DNA from: Bugula neritina
Lineage: Eukaryota > Animalia > Bryozoa
DNA: 64,000 nt
Assembly (NCBI GenBank): GCA_964035545.1
Contig: OZ037766.1
Location: forward strand, 19,456,767 to 19,520,766
Direction of reading: 5' to 3'
Positions 13,801-27,376 of this stretch are shown here, in pieces (position 1 is the stretch's first letter; each line of letters opens with the position of its first letter). The notes under the pieces were generated by a model that saw only the letters and a program-made list of their open reading frames with translations, did not search any database and was not told the origin of the DNA. The translations under genes were made by a program, and so were the position numbers.

Positions 13801-16800
13801 GAATATATACTATAAATAGGAATAGTAATATTAACCTGAAACATTGCCATGAAATTAGCAAGGATACAAGTGGCAGAGTTAATGGAAGTCATTGGTTGAG
13901 TTGGTTGCACAGAACCCTGTTACCAGCAAGGACTAAAGCTGATACGATGGGAAATCGTGCAAATTGCTGTAAAACTATGATAGGGGGCTATTACAAGTTT
14001 ATGTATATTGACAGGTAAGTTGAAAGAAATTCAAGACATGTTGTTTGAAAAAATGAAGGAGTTGAACTTAGTGAAAGTGGAGGCTCTTCCACTAAAGGCT
14101 GAAGTAGAAAGTTTGAGAGCTCTGATTGCAGAAGAAGAAAGGCGGTAGCTATACTTTACAGTCTTTAGCCCCAATCTATATAATATACACACTATATAAC
14201 TAGTGTTTTTGTTATATGTGTGTGTGCGTGCTTGCGTTTGTGTATATATATACACAAGTATATATGTGTGTGTGCATGTGTGTGTGCAGCTATCATTCAC
14301 GACTACACTTCTGCTTTGCGTTATAACTGATAAAAAGTGTGCATCATGTTAGCATTAATCATTAATTGTCTTGCTTACTTACGTTCTAAATAGCACAGAA
14401 TAATCCTTGTGTACAATATTTTGATTTACTCAATTTTTTCACAGGCTTGATATGGAGCTCTCGAAGCTGCCACCTATTTCTTCTCCAACAAAATTACCAG
14501 AGAGCACTTTCAATATCCAAGCTTCCAACTTAGCTCAGACATACAGATCTGGTGTTACAGAGGCATCTGGTAATACTAATTATATCTTGGGTCTCTGTAA
14601 ATAGACAATTTTATGTTAGAAATTTACTATAAGCTGTGTGCTTGTTTATTTATTATTAGCATATCAGTCATCCAAATCTTTTAACCTCCATAAACTTATT
14701 ATTCAACAGTTCTTTACATAAGTATGAATTGATATAGTTGTAGCTGCAGGGCAATGCTAAATAACAGCACAAAAGATTAAGTAACTTTATTGATTATGGT
14801 TGGCTGACACATCAACTATCCCTTAGCTTGTGGGTTTTTGAAACTAGCTAAAAGTTGCTTAGAATATTGAAACATTTTCTCATAGTCCTAAGCAAATAAA
14901 TTAAATTTTGCTACTAATAACTACTTTACTACTCCAGAATAGTATCGGTGATATGAATTACTTAGTTTGATTTGTGCATGCTTTCAGCTGTGCATAATTG
15001 CTGGGCAAAACTAAAGTTTAGTTTAGTTGTGGCACCAGTCTTAATATTGGCTTATGTTTAGCAAAAGCTTATTAGTGGTTTAATATTTGTAAACAATGAT
15101 GGCCAGCAATCAATATACAGTCTACAACTGAATTCAATGTAATTACAGCACTTCATGTTATCAATTCTCCTGTCTCAGGAAATGGTTGTAGTAAAAACTG
15201 CAAGCATGATAGTGTATTCATAGTAAAAACCCATTTATTAGTAAACCAGGGAAGACAAGAAGCATTTATACACTGATATATAAGCTTAAATGAATGAAAT
15301 AATAAATTATTACTTGTAGTGCAGTCAATTTCAAATTTAAATATACTGATAATTAATAAACAGAATTGAAATAAAAAAATTAAAAATTTAATCTAGTTCC
15401 TCTATACTACCGCCATAAAATCTCGAAACTTGTTATAAGAGCTATACTAGTAGCACAATTTTTTTCAGAAATTATTTCCAGTTACTAAAAAATATTTAAG
15501 TCAAGTCAATGTTTCAAGGGTGTCAATTTAATTTGATAGTTTTAAATACCCAATTTTGCGAACTTGCTGCTTAAAGTTTGCTTACTAAATGCTTCAAGTA
15601 AAGTTTACAGTTGGCCATAATAGAAAAAATTGTTATCATTCTGTTACAGCTATTATTAATCATACTTTTAGTTAGGGCCATGACTGATGCTGTAACAAGA
15701 ACTGTTCAAGTAGAGCCTGCTGCTAGATTAGACACGCTGGCATTTGACACAACTAAGTACCAGTCCTTTAGCACTGAAGCAGGGCACACTTTTACCAGCG
15801 CTGCTAAACCCATTGGTCCAGTCCGAAGTAAATCTGCTCAATGTGAGTAATATTAATTCTAAACTTCTTTTTCACTATTTTAACAAACCATAGCATTTTA
15901 TCAACTTGCTGTTCATAGGAAGAGTGTTCTATCTGTTTAACTTGGATTTTACATAATAAAATATCTTTGTGATAAATTAATTACTTCCATGAAATACTAC
16001 ATAATTATACTTTGCTATAAATCTTGTATATAAAACATAATATATTATTCATGTTTACAGCAGCACTTTTTCAAGAAAATAATATGCTGTTAATATTGCA
16101 TAGTGTTGTTGCTGTGACTCAAATAGTATGTTGTTTATAACTGGTTAATATTCAGGTAGAGTGGAAGCTGCTCAAGCAGGTATATAAAGCATGCAGCCCT
16201 ACAGTATAATTTGAGGCTTCAAGCATGAACAGTGTAGTAATTTTATATAATTAGCTATTGAGGCATGCTTATAGCATTGCAACTTGCTCTGACATTCTTA
16301 TTCAAAAATGAATTTCATTCACTGCTTTCAGTTGATTTTCTCTACTTTTATTATTTATTATGATGCACCAATTATCAAACATGCAGTGCATGGAATCTAA
16401 AAGACAATGTGTAAAATAAGCATCACACAAAGCTAAGAAACTTGAAGAGTAATACACAATACATTTAAATTTAGATTTCATGCTACATAAACCAAATTGC
16501 AACAAAACAAACAAACAAAAGTTGAAGCAGTTGAGTATATTTGTATACAAATTCTAATTGTCATGCTTCTTTTGTCTCTCTTGTTGCAATTCTCTTGTAG
16601 ACCTTGTCTGAGGTACAGCTTTCACATCATGCACTGTTTAAGTTTGTTGTAACTGCAAGTTTCATTTTTGTTAAAATCATGTCATTAAAATAATCTTGAT
16701 GAAAAATTATTGTAATTGAAATGATTGATTATATAAATTTAGACCTAAAGATGATTTAAAACTAACGGAGGCAATGTCTGTATTATTTTTTTATGGTGTG

Positions 16801-19800
16801 AACTAGATATAAGAGCATAGGAATAATAATACCATTGTTTTTGGTAACAGCTTGAGAGTTTAAAGATAGACATAATAGTTCATATATATATATATATATA
16901 TATATTATAGCTATGCCTAACTGTTAAATTCATTCTAGCCTTTTTAACAATGCTGTGCTACATGTAATTATTTAAATGTTGTAGAGACTAGTAAATAATT
17001 GTAAATTCATTGATGGGGTAGAACATAGAATACTAGTTCACACTGTTTTAGTGGTTGCTGTAATGCATATCACAGCATGTCTAAGAATAAACTGCTGCAA
17101 TCTTCTATATTTCAGTCCAATCAGGTGACGAAGGCAGCCTATCTGTGCTCCAGACTCGTGCAAACACTCAAATACTTAACTTACAGGATCCTGGTGCGGA
17201 GGATATGACTGAACCTGAAGGTCCTGAAAGTGTGTCACTGCCAAAGCCTTCAACTGTTGTTTCTCATGATTACAATCAGCACTCCAGCAGGTGAGGTTGT
17301 TAGCAATGAGTGTAAATTTTGTCCTACATATTATTTTATCCACACCTAAATATAATTAACTTATAACAGTGTCAACGGTTGCAATTTTTATAGCATTTGA
17401 AAATGTGTAGCCCGCACTAAGTTTAGAAGGTGATGTTGAATTCTGCAGAAAAATAATGTAGCATATGTCATTGCCCATTGGATAGTAGAATAGTTAGAAT
17501 ATAATATGGTATTTGTGCTGTTTCAGTGCCACAGGAGATATCCGAATTCATGAAGTGAAGCCAGATGGCAAAAGCATTTGTTTGGTCAACATGTCTGATG
17601 ATAAGGCAAGTCTTTCAACAGTTTTACTTTGCTGCCATGACAACAACTTAAACTACTTGTAACCAATCAGCTTTGATGACATTAACATTAACAATACTTC
17701 CAGTTTTCTCGCATGAGGTTTGCAACCTACATGTTAGAAGCTTCTAGTAAAAATAACTGATGGTTTGCTAAGAAAATTTATTTTCTTTAGTTTTTGTCTG
17801 AACTTTTATTTGCTAAAAGAAATGTATTTAAAAACAATTCACTCGTGGTTTTATTCTGAATTTTGTAGGACATCGACTTTAGTGGATATACATTGAAGCA
17901 GCAAGTGGGGGGCTGTCCAGTTGCTCTTTACCGATTTCCTCCAAAAACAATGTTTGCTGCTAAAAGTTACATCACTGTGTATTCTGGTTGCAATGATGTC
18001 ATTCTCCACCAGCCCCCAACGCAGTTTGTCTGGAGGGAGCAAGACAGATGGGGTACAGGCCCTGAGTGCACTACCATACTCTGCAAACCTAATGGCCAGG
18101 TATCTTATGACTCAAAGTGCAGTTTTAGAAGAAGAGTTCAATTAAGACCATATTTTACTTTAAAAATTATAATCATCTGTAAGACTTCATGGAAGTGAGA
18201 TAGTCTCCTACAGTATTACTCAAGTTCTTTGTGAGTACCAGCAATAGCAGTTGCGTCAGATGCATTTCCTGACAATACTAGTCAGCTTAGTATTTGATCA
18301 GCTTAGCCACAGCAGTCTGTGTGTTAACCTGATAGCAATAGATGAGTTATTATTGTGTAACAATGTAATAATAATAATAATAAAATAGTTTGACAATTGT
18401 TTAGAGCTATTATAAAATAAAAACTACATATTAGCTTTGTTGAAATGATATTTAGTTTACAGTTAAAGTGCCTATAATGTGAAATTATAGCATAGCAGTA
18501 TATTAGTAGACAGAAATGCAACTTTGATCACATAATATCTTTCCTGCAGTAATATTGTTAGCAATACTGTTACATTCTCTTAGTGATAATATTTTGTAAA
18601 ATGGTACTTTTCCTGGTTGATCAATGATATAGTAACTATAATAAGTGGGACAATTATTAACAACCTAGTAATATTAGAGTTCTTTTGTAACCACACTACA
18701 TGTTCATTAGCAGAGAAGGAAGACTAAATAATGATACAATATTATGACAGCTATAATAAGGTCAAATAGAAGGCTCAAACTACTAGGTGAGAGAAGACTG
18801 ATAACAATAATAGACAAAACCACACAATGTATCTGTACTTATAATACTATTTATTATTACACACTCACTGCACCATACAGAAGTTAACTGGAAGCTATTT
18901 ATTCTAACAGTGATTTGTTTAGCTCTGGTTATTATACTTTGAAATAATAATTCACTTCTTGTCATGAAAATTTAGTACACAATTATTTTCTAGCAACTTT
19001 AAAAACAATGAATTAAAACAGAATTAAAAATAGATGTTAATAGTATTAATTTTATCTCATAGAAATATGAATTCTAGGCCGTGGCATGGATGACAGCTGC
19101 CCACCGGTTTGGTGATATCTCTATGGAGACGAAGAATGTAGATGGCCTATCCTCAGATCTACCAACGTTTACAAGAAATTTGAACGCCCCGCAACAAGAA
19201 ATGCTTTTACTCAAAAGGTTAGCTAGTGTAATTTAATGTTTTTTTTGTGTCTCATATTCTTATTGATAGAAAAAATAAAAAGTGCCCAGCAAGTTTTATC
19301 TTATTATTTATTTTTAGCTCTACAAACAAAGCTATGTACCCTAAAATACCATCATACTGTTTTCTTTAACTTCTAAAATCCAAAATTGTTTGATTGTCTA
19401 GAAATATTTATTTTAGTAGTATTACTACTAGCAGTAACAAATGATTTAGTAATAACTTCTAGTGTAGCAACTAGTAGCTCTGCGCCATGTAGTTAGTTGA
19501 CGAATAGTTGTGTAAGTTAGCTGGTTGCTGCTGCATGTTCACAGACAGAAGGAGAGCCCACCATCCTTAGCTCCACCCAAGCAGCCTCACGGCAATGCAT
19601 ACTGTCAAGTGCATTCCAGTTACAACGAGAAGAGAGTTAAAGATCTTGGAAATGACAACAGCAGCAATCATAGGCAGGCGAGATGCCAGACAATGGCAGT
19701 TCCCGACAAGGTGCCAGGTCAGCTGCTCAACTTGTAGTTATGAGTGATATTCTTATAGAAATTCGTCTTCAATTATCTTTATAATTTGAACATATAATTT

Positions 19801-22800
19801 CAATGATAATATTTTTTAGAGTAACTAATAATTAATAAGTAATTAATTAGGCTGTACAGGATGAAGTTATATAAACTTTACCAATTATACATGGGTAAGC
19901 AGTATAGACAAAAAATTAATTGTGGTTTTAATTGATATTGACCATTTACTTAAAGATTTATGCAATTTTCTAATATAAAATAACTACATATTAAACTGGA
20001 CTTGATTATTATATATCATCCGGCAATACCAATTCATTAAAGTGTTCACCTAGACAAATTGAAGCAAAATAACTTTTTCTAAATTACAATAATATTTTAT
20101 ATAAAATCTATTAAGAGTCAAAAACATCAAAGCCGGTTGATAAAAAAAGTGTGCCATTTCAAATTCCTCTTCTTGGAATTTTTTTGCATTCAGGTACCAG
20201 GTTATCTACTATTTGTACACACTTCTAATTATGACTGGTTTATTAAAATACCTTCACTCTATTGCAAGTACATGGCTCTTGTGCTTGTATATAGTATATG
20301 GGTTTCAACACACAACACACGCATACATGCTAGCGTAGTTGCTTAAGATCTTAGCATCTGTGTTGATAATAATTAATACCTCCTCTTGCTTTTCATCAAA
20401 TTTGTAACAAAACTGCTTCACATCTGTTTATTCATTTGAGCTACAGTACATACTTGGCCAAATAGCCTTGTTTAGGCTGTATTGTTATTTTTGTCTTTTC
20501 AATACACTTGACAATATGGGAAGATAATTCCAAGATATATGTTCATGGCACATTAGTGTATAAAAGAATAACTCTTAATTAGCAATTGATTTATTGCCGT
20601 GAAGTGAAAGTGTCACCCCATTGAACTATAACCCCTTATAGTTCAGTTCAGTGTGTCACCCATTGCAACATTTATCATCTTCTTATATTTATAATGCTAG
20701 ATACAGCTTAAACAAATGTTAAATATTCTTTATTTTATATAGTTGAAAATTAACAAATACATTTGATTTCACATGCTAGCTTCAGGAAAAATATTGTTGA
20801 AGCAGTTGACATGGAAACACCTATACATTAGTCTAATCTGCATCAGTATTCCAATATTCAAAGAAACTATATTAAACCATATAATGTGAAGAAAAGTATT
20901 GTGAATTTAATTAGTTCCAAGCAGTTAGGTGTATTATTAATAAATAGAAGTTAATGTTGGGCAGAGTTGCAAAAGAGTAGGACGGGCAAATATAAGATAA
21001 TATAATATAATGTAACAAATTATTACACACTACCAAAAGCTTTAGGTTAAACATCCATTGTACCATTTTTTTCACTCAGCTATCAGTGTTATTGAGGTGA
21101 AGGTTAATTTTTACTGTTTGTCTTACTTGTAAAGCTGCTGCAAAGCACTTTTGCATTAACCAGTCCAAAACTGGACAATTTTTGGAAACAAACTATTTAC
21201 TTTGCTAATTATTTTTACAAGGGAATAGTAATATTTAATTTATTAGTAAAAGAAAGAATTGTACATGAATGGTTAGAATTTTGTCACTGTAGGAGAACCG
21301 TATGCAGGAATTAAGGGACAGACTATGGGAAGTTCAACTATGAGACGGTACACACCTCTCAATCCAAGATCTGGCAATGTGCGAATGAATGGCTCTATCA
21401 CCAATAGAGTGGTAAGTCTGGTTATTCAACCAATCACATTTATAGCTGTTCATGTAAAATAATTATTTTAGACTATAATATACAAAATCTAAATATTTAT
21501 CTCTCAGTTTCAACATGCAAAGTACTTTAAATCGCTATAGCCTTCAGCAGTATTGCTTCTGATGTTTTGACTTTGAACTTGTAGGAAAATATTTTTAAAG
21601 AAAAGATTGTATGATGTTCATGGTGTTTCAAAATTTGTATTTAAATTTTTCTCATGTATTTAAATATAGCAGCTGAATGGGTCTGAACGTACCTACAAAA
21701 ATGTGGTAACTGTGTAACTGTGAATTTTCTACTAATATATTATACCTAATTAGTTTGTCTAGTTATAAAAACCGTTTCTGCTAATTTCTATCTTCTAATA
21801 GCTCTATGTTTATTTTCATAAGTTTGTTGCTTACTTTCTTTTGATGTGTTGATAAAAAATATTTATATTAACAATGTTATAGTAAGGTTAACTCATTGTG
21901 TAGTTTTTTCACGAAATTTCTCTAAAATAGTTTGGATGTTTAAGGTAATCATGTAAATAATGTTCATACATTATTTTACAGGATGGTAATATTAGGTTTG
22001 GATCAGTTTCACCCTTTAATAGTCCACAGCAACAAGAGTTTTCCAGAGCACTAGAAAACAAGAGCACTCTACTCACTACAAGTGTTCAGTTTGTGTAGCC
22101 ACAGCACCTAGGCATATTGTGCATTACTAATAGCTAATTAGGTATGTGTGCTGTATGTTCAAAATGGCAGTGGAGTTACTAATGTGTATCACTCAGTAAC
22201 TTTGCATAACATGCTTTATGTCACATTTGTGATAAAAATATATAACCACAATTTTTATCATTTCTGTAGCTTAACCAGGTTTTGCTTACAAGCCGTAATA
22301 TGATAGTAATGGTGCAGTGCTCTTGGTTTCTGCTCTAACTTTTACTTATATACACCGAGGTTTTAGTCAAATGTAGTTTTTTGAGAAACTCAAATAAATC
22401 AACTCTAAATTATTGAAAAAAGAAATTGTTTGAAGGGAAATGTATCATTTAGAGTGTAGCCTAGCGTAGTCATTTAGTTAGCATGATGCATGCACTAAGC
22501 TGGCCTAGGTTCGAACCCTGTTAGGTCACCTGTGATGCCTGGAGTACCTCACTATGAGTTCTACTGTAACTTTGAAATCTTTTCACACCATATTGTCAGT
22601 CTGATTTGATTGAGTTAATAGCATATAGCCTGTAAAAACCCTGGTCATCATGGTTTTACAGTGTTTGTGACAATATATGTGTACAAACATTTAGCTGCAG
22701 TAAGTGAGAGTAATATAGTTTGTAAATTAATTGATACCATAATTTATAACATGGATAATATTTTTATTAGCAAGTTAATTTTAAACTTGCAGTAAATTAC

Positions 22801-23093
22801 TCTTTTTAGACTTTAGCAAGTTTAATGTTTTATAACTATTGTTTCCTAAAAATTGTGAAAAATTAGCCTGTAAAGTCCCTTAGTAAGATTTTATAAGTCA
22901 GAAGGAAATATAATAACTGAGTAGCAACTTACATACTTTACTGTTTCAGGACATTGGAGAAACTTCTGAACCACCAAATCCATTCATGACTAGTAAAAAA
23001 AAGCACTCCTTTGGCGTGAAGCAAATACAGTCTCAACAGCATATCGATTTTAACCCTCCAATGCCCCGCCCTCCACTTTTCTGCTCATGGTGA
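9132..23093 (+). CDS. Intermediate filament/lamin-like protein with coiled-coil rod and LMNTD1-type lamin tail domain (multi-exon)
   Basis: Spliced exons approx 9132-9287 (FKELSGRLYAYIKKMREL, coil 1A), 9712-9872 (LKTLYEKEI), 10020-10217, 10926-11036, 11658-11831, 12841-12966, 13087-13177, 14015-14144 (LKAEVESLRALIAEEERR, rod end), 14445-14569, 15671-15842, 17116-17290, 17526-17605 (ATGDIRIHEVKPDGKSICLVN), 17869-18099 ([45 protein letters not shown]), 19078-19217 (AVAW), 19544-19717, 21293-21411, 21982-22098, 22950-23093 (IDFNPPMPRPPLFCSW*). Phases checked at most junctions; the 3' exon connection is uncertain. Confidence 0.85.
11217..11290. repeat. 19-bp tandem repeat (aaccatgtggtattttgag), about 4 copies, intronic
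   Basis: Direct inspection. Confidence 0.7.
12029..12184. repeat. 32-bp minisatellite, about 5 copies, intronic
   Basis: Unit tactagccatgttgtatatctgtagcagtata starting at 12029, 12061, 12093, 12125, 12157. Confidence 0.9.
20619..20653. mobile_element. 35-bp hAT-like micro-MITE with perfect 8-bp TSD
   Basis: tgtcaccc|cattgaactataaccccttatagttcagttcagtg|tgtcaccc. Confidence 0.75.
22453..22530 (+). mobile_element. Decayed tRNA-related SINE head
   Basis: A-box-like tagcgtagtc..gttagc and B-box ggttcgaaccc; no intact cloverleaf. Confidence 0.4.
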
Positions 23094-24037
23094 AAATAAT
23101 CAGACCGTCTTGCAGTTTTCTCTATTAGCAAATGTAGTAATTTTTGTGTTTGCTATAATTATTGGTGAGCTTTGTGAGTTCTTTTATTTTTGTAGACCAA
23201 TTATATTTTAAAGAAAGAAATATTCTAAATATTGAATTTATTGTGGGTTTGCTTTTCTATTTTTGATCTCAAAGTAAAAAAAGTTGAATAAATTTTTCTC
23301 TATGTATTTGGTCAACTCTTTCAGTATGCTATTATGAACCATGCAGCAACTTTTTACTGTGTGATGTGAAACATATATGTTGTTTAATTTTAAATCCATC
23401 AAAATATACAATAGTTTTCAATCATTTAAAAGTTTTAATTTTCATATGGTTTCAAAGAAGTTGAAGGTTCTAAAGTTTTTATTTGTTCACAATATGCTTA
23501 GATAATTAGTTACCTATTTCACATGTTACCTAAGCAGCTTATTTACAGCAATCTTTGAAAAATATTTATTATACAACACTTTGTTCATGGTAACTAAAAC
23601 ATATCCAAATCAAAGTAATTGATGCCAAAAAATAAATATGGAAGTAAGAATAGAGTAAGCTAAGACAATGTAGTAATAAACTACCACCATAGAGGTGTGA
23701 ATTGATAGTAGTATAAATATATTTACAAATACGAAAAATAAATGCAGTGTGAAATAAATCCGAGTATTCTCATAATTGGAAAAATATTTATATTAATTAT
23801 TCGAAAGATACATAATGTAGATAAGAGATGACTAGATTTTAATATGTTGAACAATGGCTGTTGTACAAATGATATTATTGCAATTTTAGAAGTTATCTAC
23901 ACACCTCTATGTCCCACAATATTACAAAAATACTATTTAAATTTTAATTAAAGCTACATGTAGGTTTAAGTTTTTGTTGTAGTCCAATGGATGGAGAAAA
24001 AGGACAGGTTATTCTTTTTGATACAAACTCAAGAGCC

Positions 24038-27000
24038 TCAACTTGATAACACAGCATTAGCAAATCTTCTGTAACGATCTTGGCGCTCACTAAGCTCTGC
24101 CAATGTTTGACGGCAGCAATTGGTGAATTCTGTAGCTCCATAAATTCCCCCAACGCATTGGTAAAACTGTTCCACTAACGTTCTGCCTAATAACCAAACG
24201 TGAATAACAGGTTTCTTTTTTTTTGTTTTTAATATTGTAGAACTTATTATTTTAACATTAATCTAGTAGTCTATATACACAAATGCACGCACGCAAATAT
24301 ATAAATATATACATTATTTATAACATGTATTTTCAAGCTTCTCATAAACTCAAAGGATATTCCAATATTCAACAATTTTTAGCTGACTTACATTGAAACC
24401 TTGAGCTTTACTTATTTACATGAGGTATGTGCATTGAAAGTATAATGTATTTTAACATAAAACATTGAAATAGACCAAAAAGATTATATGGGATCATCTA
24501 TCCACAATGTATTTTTACACGGCAAGACTGACACTAAAGACTTTTTCATATGAAGCTTTGATGGGACTAGGATAAATTTCGATTTGAAGCTTTAGGCTCA
24601 AAAATTTCTTTCCAATAGATGGGAATTGGCATATGTTAGTGAACAGAACAGCTATCTTTAATTCATTTTTATGAATATTTCGCAATGCTAGAAATTTTTG
24701 TAATACCTGCAAACATTTAAATTAAATTTATTATTAAACAGTTTATTTGGCAGCGCAAGGCAACATAAAATGCAAGTAATAAAATAAAAACATTCTCAGC
24801 ATTTAAAGAAGCTTTATTAGTTATTGTTAGTAGTTGTAGAAGTTGTATTCACCTGTATCAGTAGCCTGGCCATTAGTAAAGTAGCGACCAGCTAAGCGTC
24901 TGTTATAAACTCTATTGGGTAGCCTGTCTAGCAATTGACGCTGGTTGTAAAAATCAGCTCGACAGTAGAATCCTTTATCCCCAGCTATTTTTCCTAGACT
25001 GCAGCAAGATAGATGCTCAGCAGCTATACCTATGAATGACAAATGCTCAAAAATAGATACATAGTTACGATATGTATATATGTATTATTTTAACTCAATC
25101 TCGAAATTCCCAATCAAAAAAAGTTATATTTTATTATTCTAAAATTATTATATTTGTAAGCAGTATAGATATTTAATCAGACAGACTACTAGGAGTAGTA
25201 ACTAGAAAAACACCTTTCAGGTTTGACTGGTGAAATGAAGGCAAAATATTATTGTTCTATTAAAGACACCTGCATGGAATTTAAAGCTTTTCTAGTTGAG
25301 GAGCTGCAGCATAGAAGCCTCTTGCTTGCGCAGCCCTTTGATCTAATTGAATTTCTGCAGGGGATGAATTAAGCTTTGTGCAAGACCCTAAGTTGCTAAA
25401 AAGATCAGCTATCAGTTCCATTGGCAAGTCTAGAGAACTGAAAAGTCTGCTTCTATAAGGATTTATAGCAACTTAAGGTTTTTATAATAGTGTATCACAG
25501 CTACAGGAAGCCCTGGGAAGCATCAAGTTCTTACTATAAAAAGTTTTTAATTACTATACAGACACTTTGATAGTTATTTGCTAGGGTACACACCACCCAA
25601 TCTACACACCGCCTGATTTACAATCTAGTTGGCACATGCAAACAAGCAATCAAATTTTTAAAAACTAACATCAGAAGTATTGGGATAAAATTAAAGGTTT
25701 TTATAGTATGTGGCTACTGTGGGCTGAATATCAAACCCCTTTTCCCAATTAATAAATTACTACTTTATGACAGTCAGCCTTTATAAATTAAAGTACAATA
25801 GACCCTGTCTGGCTTTAGCAGTTAAAATATTCTGCAAAAATATTGATCTCACAATAGCATTGTTCCATTATAACATAAAAACTTGTTAGATGTCATGGGA
25901 TTGGCTCACCTCTGGCAGAATCAAGTATTTCAAGGTATGAGTCATCATCTACATTTCTCCTCGAGTGTCTACGCACTGGCTCAGAGGATGTGACACCATC
26001 TTGACTACCAGTTTCTTGTGTCAGTGAGCTTTCCAACTCACTTTCAGCTTGCAGAATACCAATGACACTCCGAGATGATTGCCTTCGGTGGTGGCGTATG
26101 TAATTTCTCATTGAAGATCGCAAGTCACTCCTAGTTTCATTGGCTACTGGCTGCTCCTACGATTCAATATGATTATATTCTTGGAAGAGTTATCTTGTTG
26201 ATGAGCATTATATTATAATAACAGTTGAATACTAATAACATTACACCAGCAGCAAATAAACTGTCAGTGATCAATGAAATAATAAAGATTAATTTCTATG
26301 GGTTGTTATGGTAATTAATCTTGGATAACCGTTTCCAATGACTTACTGTAGTAGGGGCACTGGATATCTCAAAGCTATCATCAGAGCTATACTCCTTTGG
26401 GATCTTTCCATTTTTGACTATCATTAGCAGGAACTCTAGAACAAAGCATTGTAATTTTTGCAATACAATGTTGAGCAGTCTTCAAACATTTCATCACTTT
26501 TAAATCATCATCTGTTACAATTGTAGGTTGTATTACCTTCAGTCTTATAGCAAAAACAAATCAATACTTTGTTTCCAATGAGAGTATGGCATTTAGCTTT
26601 AGGCAAATAAACCCTTCTGAGACAGGCATAACCATGTATGTGCACACCAGCATACATGTGCTACCATTTTATGCAGAAGATGAGTTCAACACAAGCATAT
26701 GAAATATGAGGGGTAATTAAATATTATATGGAGCAGTTATGGGCCAGTGCCAAAACATTCTTATGAGAATTAGAACTAGCCTATATGTATAAATACTATT
26801 ATTTTCTCATTCAGCTTAGGTCATCGTCAACACCATTTGGTTTGAGCATGTATGGCAATGGACAATAACCAACAACCACAATGATGCCAAAAAGCCTGTT
26901 TTTCATCATATCTAGGATGATGGCGCCATAAGGAATTGCCCACTTAATCCTAATGGGACAGCTGCATGTTACATTAATTGAGCCAAGAACTAGAAACTTG

Positions 27001-27376
27001 AGTTAGTTACAAGAGTTTTTAGCATTAAGGTTAGCCATCAGCATTGTGATTGTGTAGAACAAAAATTAGATAGTCTTTTAACTTGACAGGATACTTGGAT
27101 AATATTGATTATTATTATACCAAATAAAAATACTCAGGAAACATGCAAAACTATACAATAATACATACCGTCAAATAACCTTGGAGGTCTTCGATTTCCT
27201 GAACTGCCGTCACTATGGCTACTGTTAGTGTTGGGTAGAATTGTGGAATTTTGTCTCTCGGTTTGGGTATTAGCCCCTGGTACCAGCCCAGTTATCATTG
27301 GAGAAGCCCTTGTTATAGATACAATGATGAAGATAACTGTATAAAATGCTGTAGAGTATAGGTTGTAGATATTCAT
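24038..27376 (-). CDS. Secreted precursor protein with C-terminal six-cysteine (CC-C-C-CC, anaphylatoxin-like) domain
   Basis: Exons approx 27376-27169 (signal peptide MNIYNLYSTAFYTVIFIIVSITRA|SP), 26436-26348, 26156-25910 (RRHSRR), 25029-24854 (HLSCCSLGKIAGDKGFYCRADFY), 24186-24038 (EQFYQCVGGIYGATEFTNCCRQ..SS*); phases are compatible. Confidence 0.8.

Noticed and set aside
16601-16612. 12-nt candidate microexon in the IF gene
   Set aside because: Introduces an in-frame TGA; no supporting evidence
23079-23093. C-terminal FCSW as a lamin CaaX box
   Set aside because: Cys is third from the end, not fourth
25271-25355. Exon-like AG..GT segment in the secreted-protein gene
   Set aside because: Phase-incompatible; gives a stop in the required frame, and the flanking exons join cleanly without it
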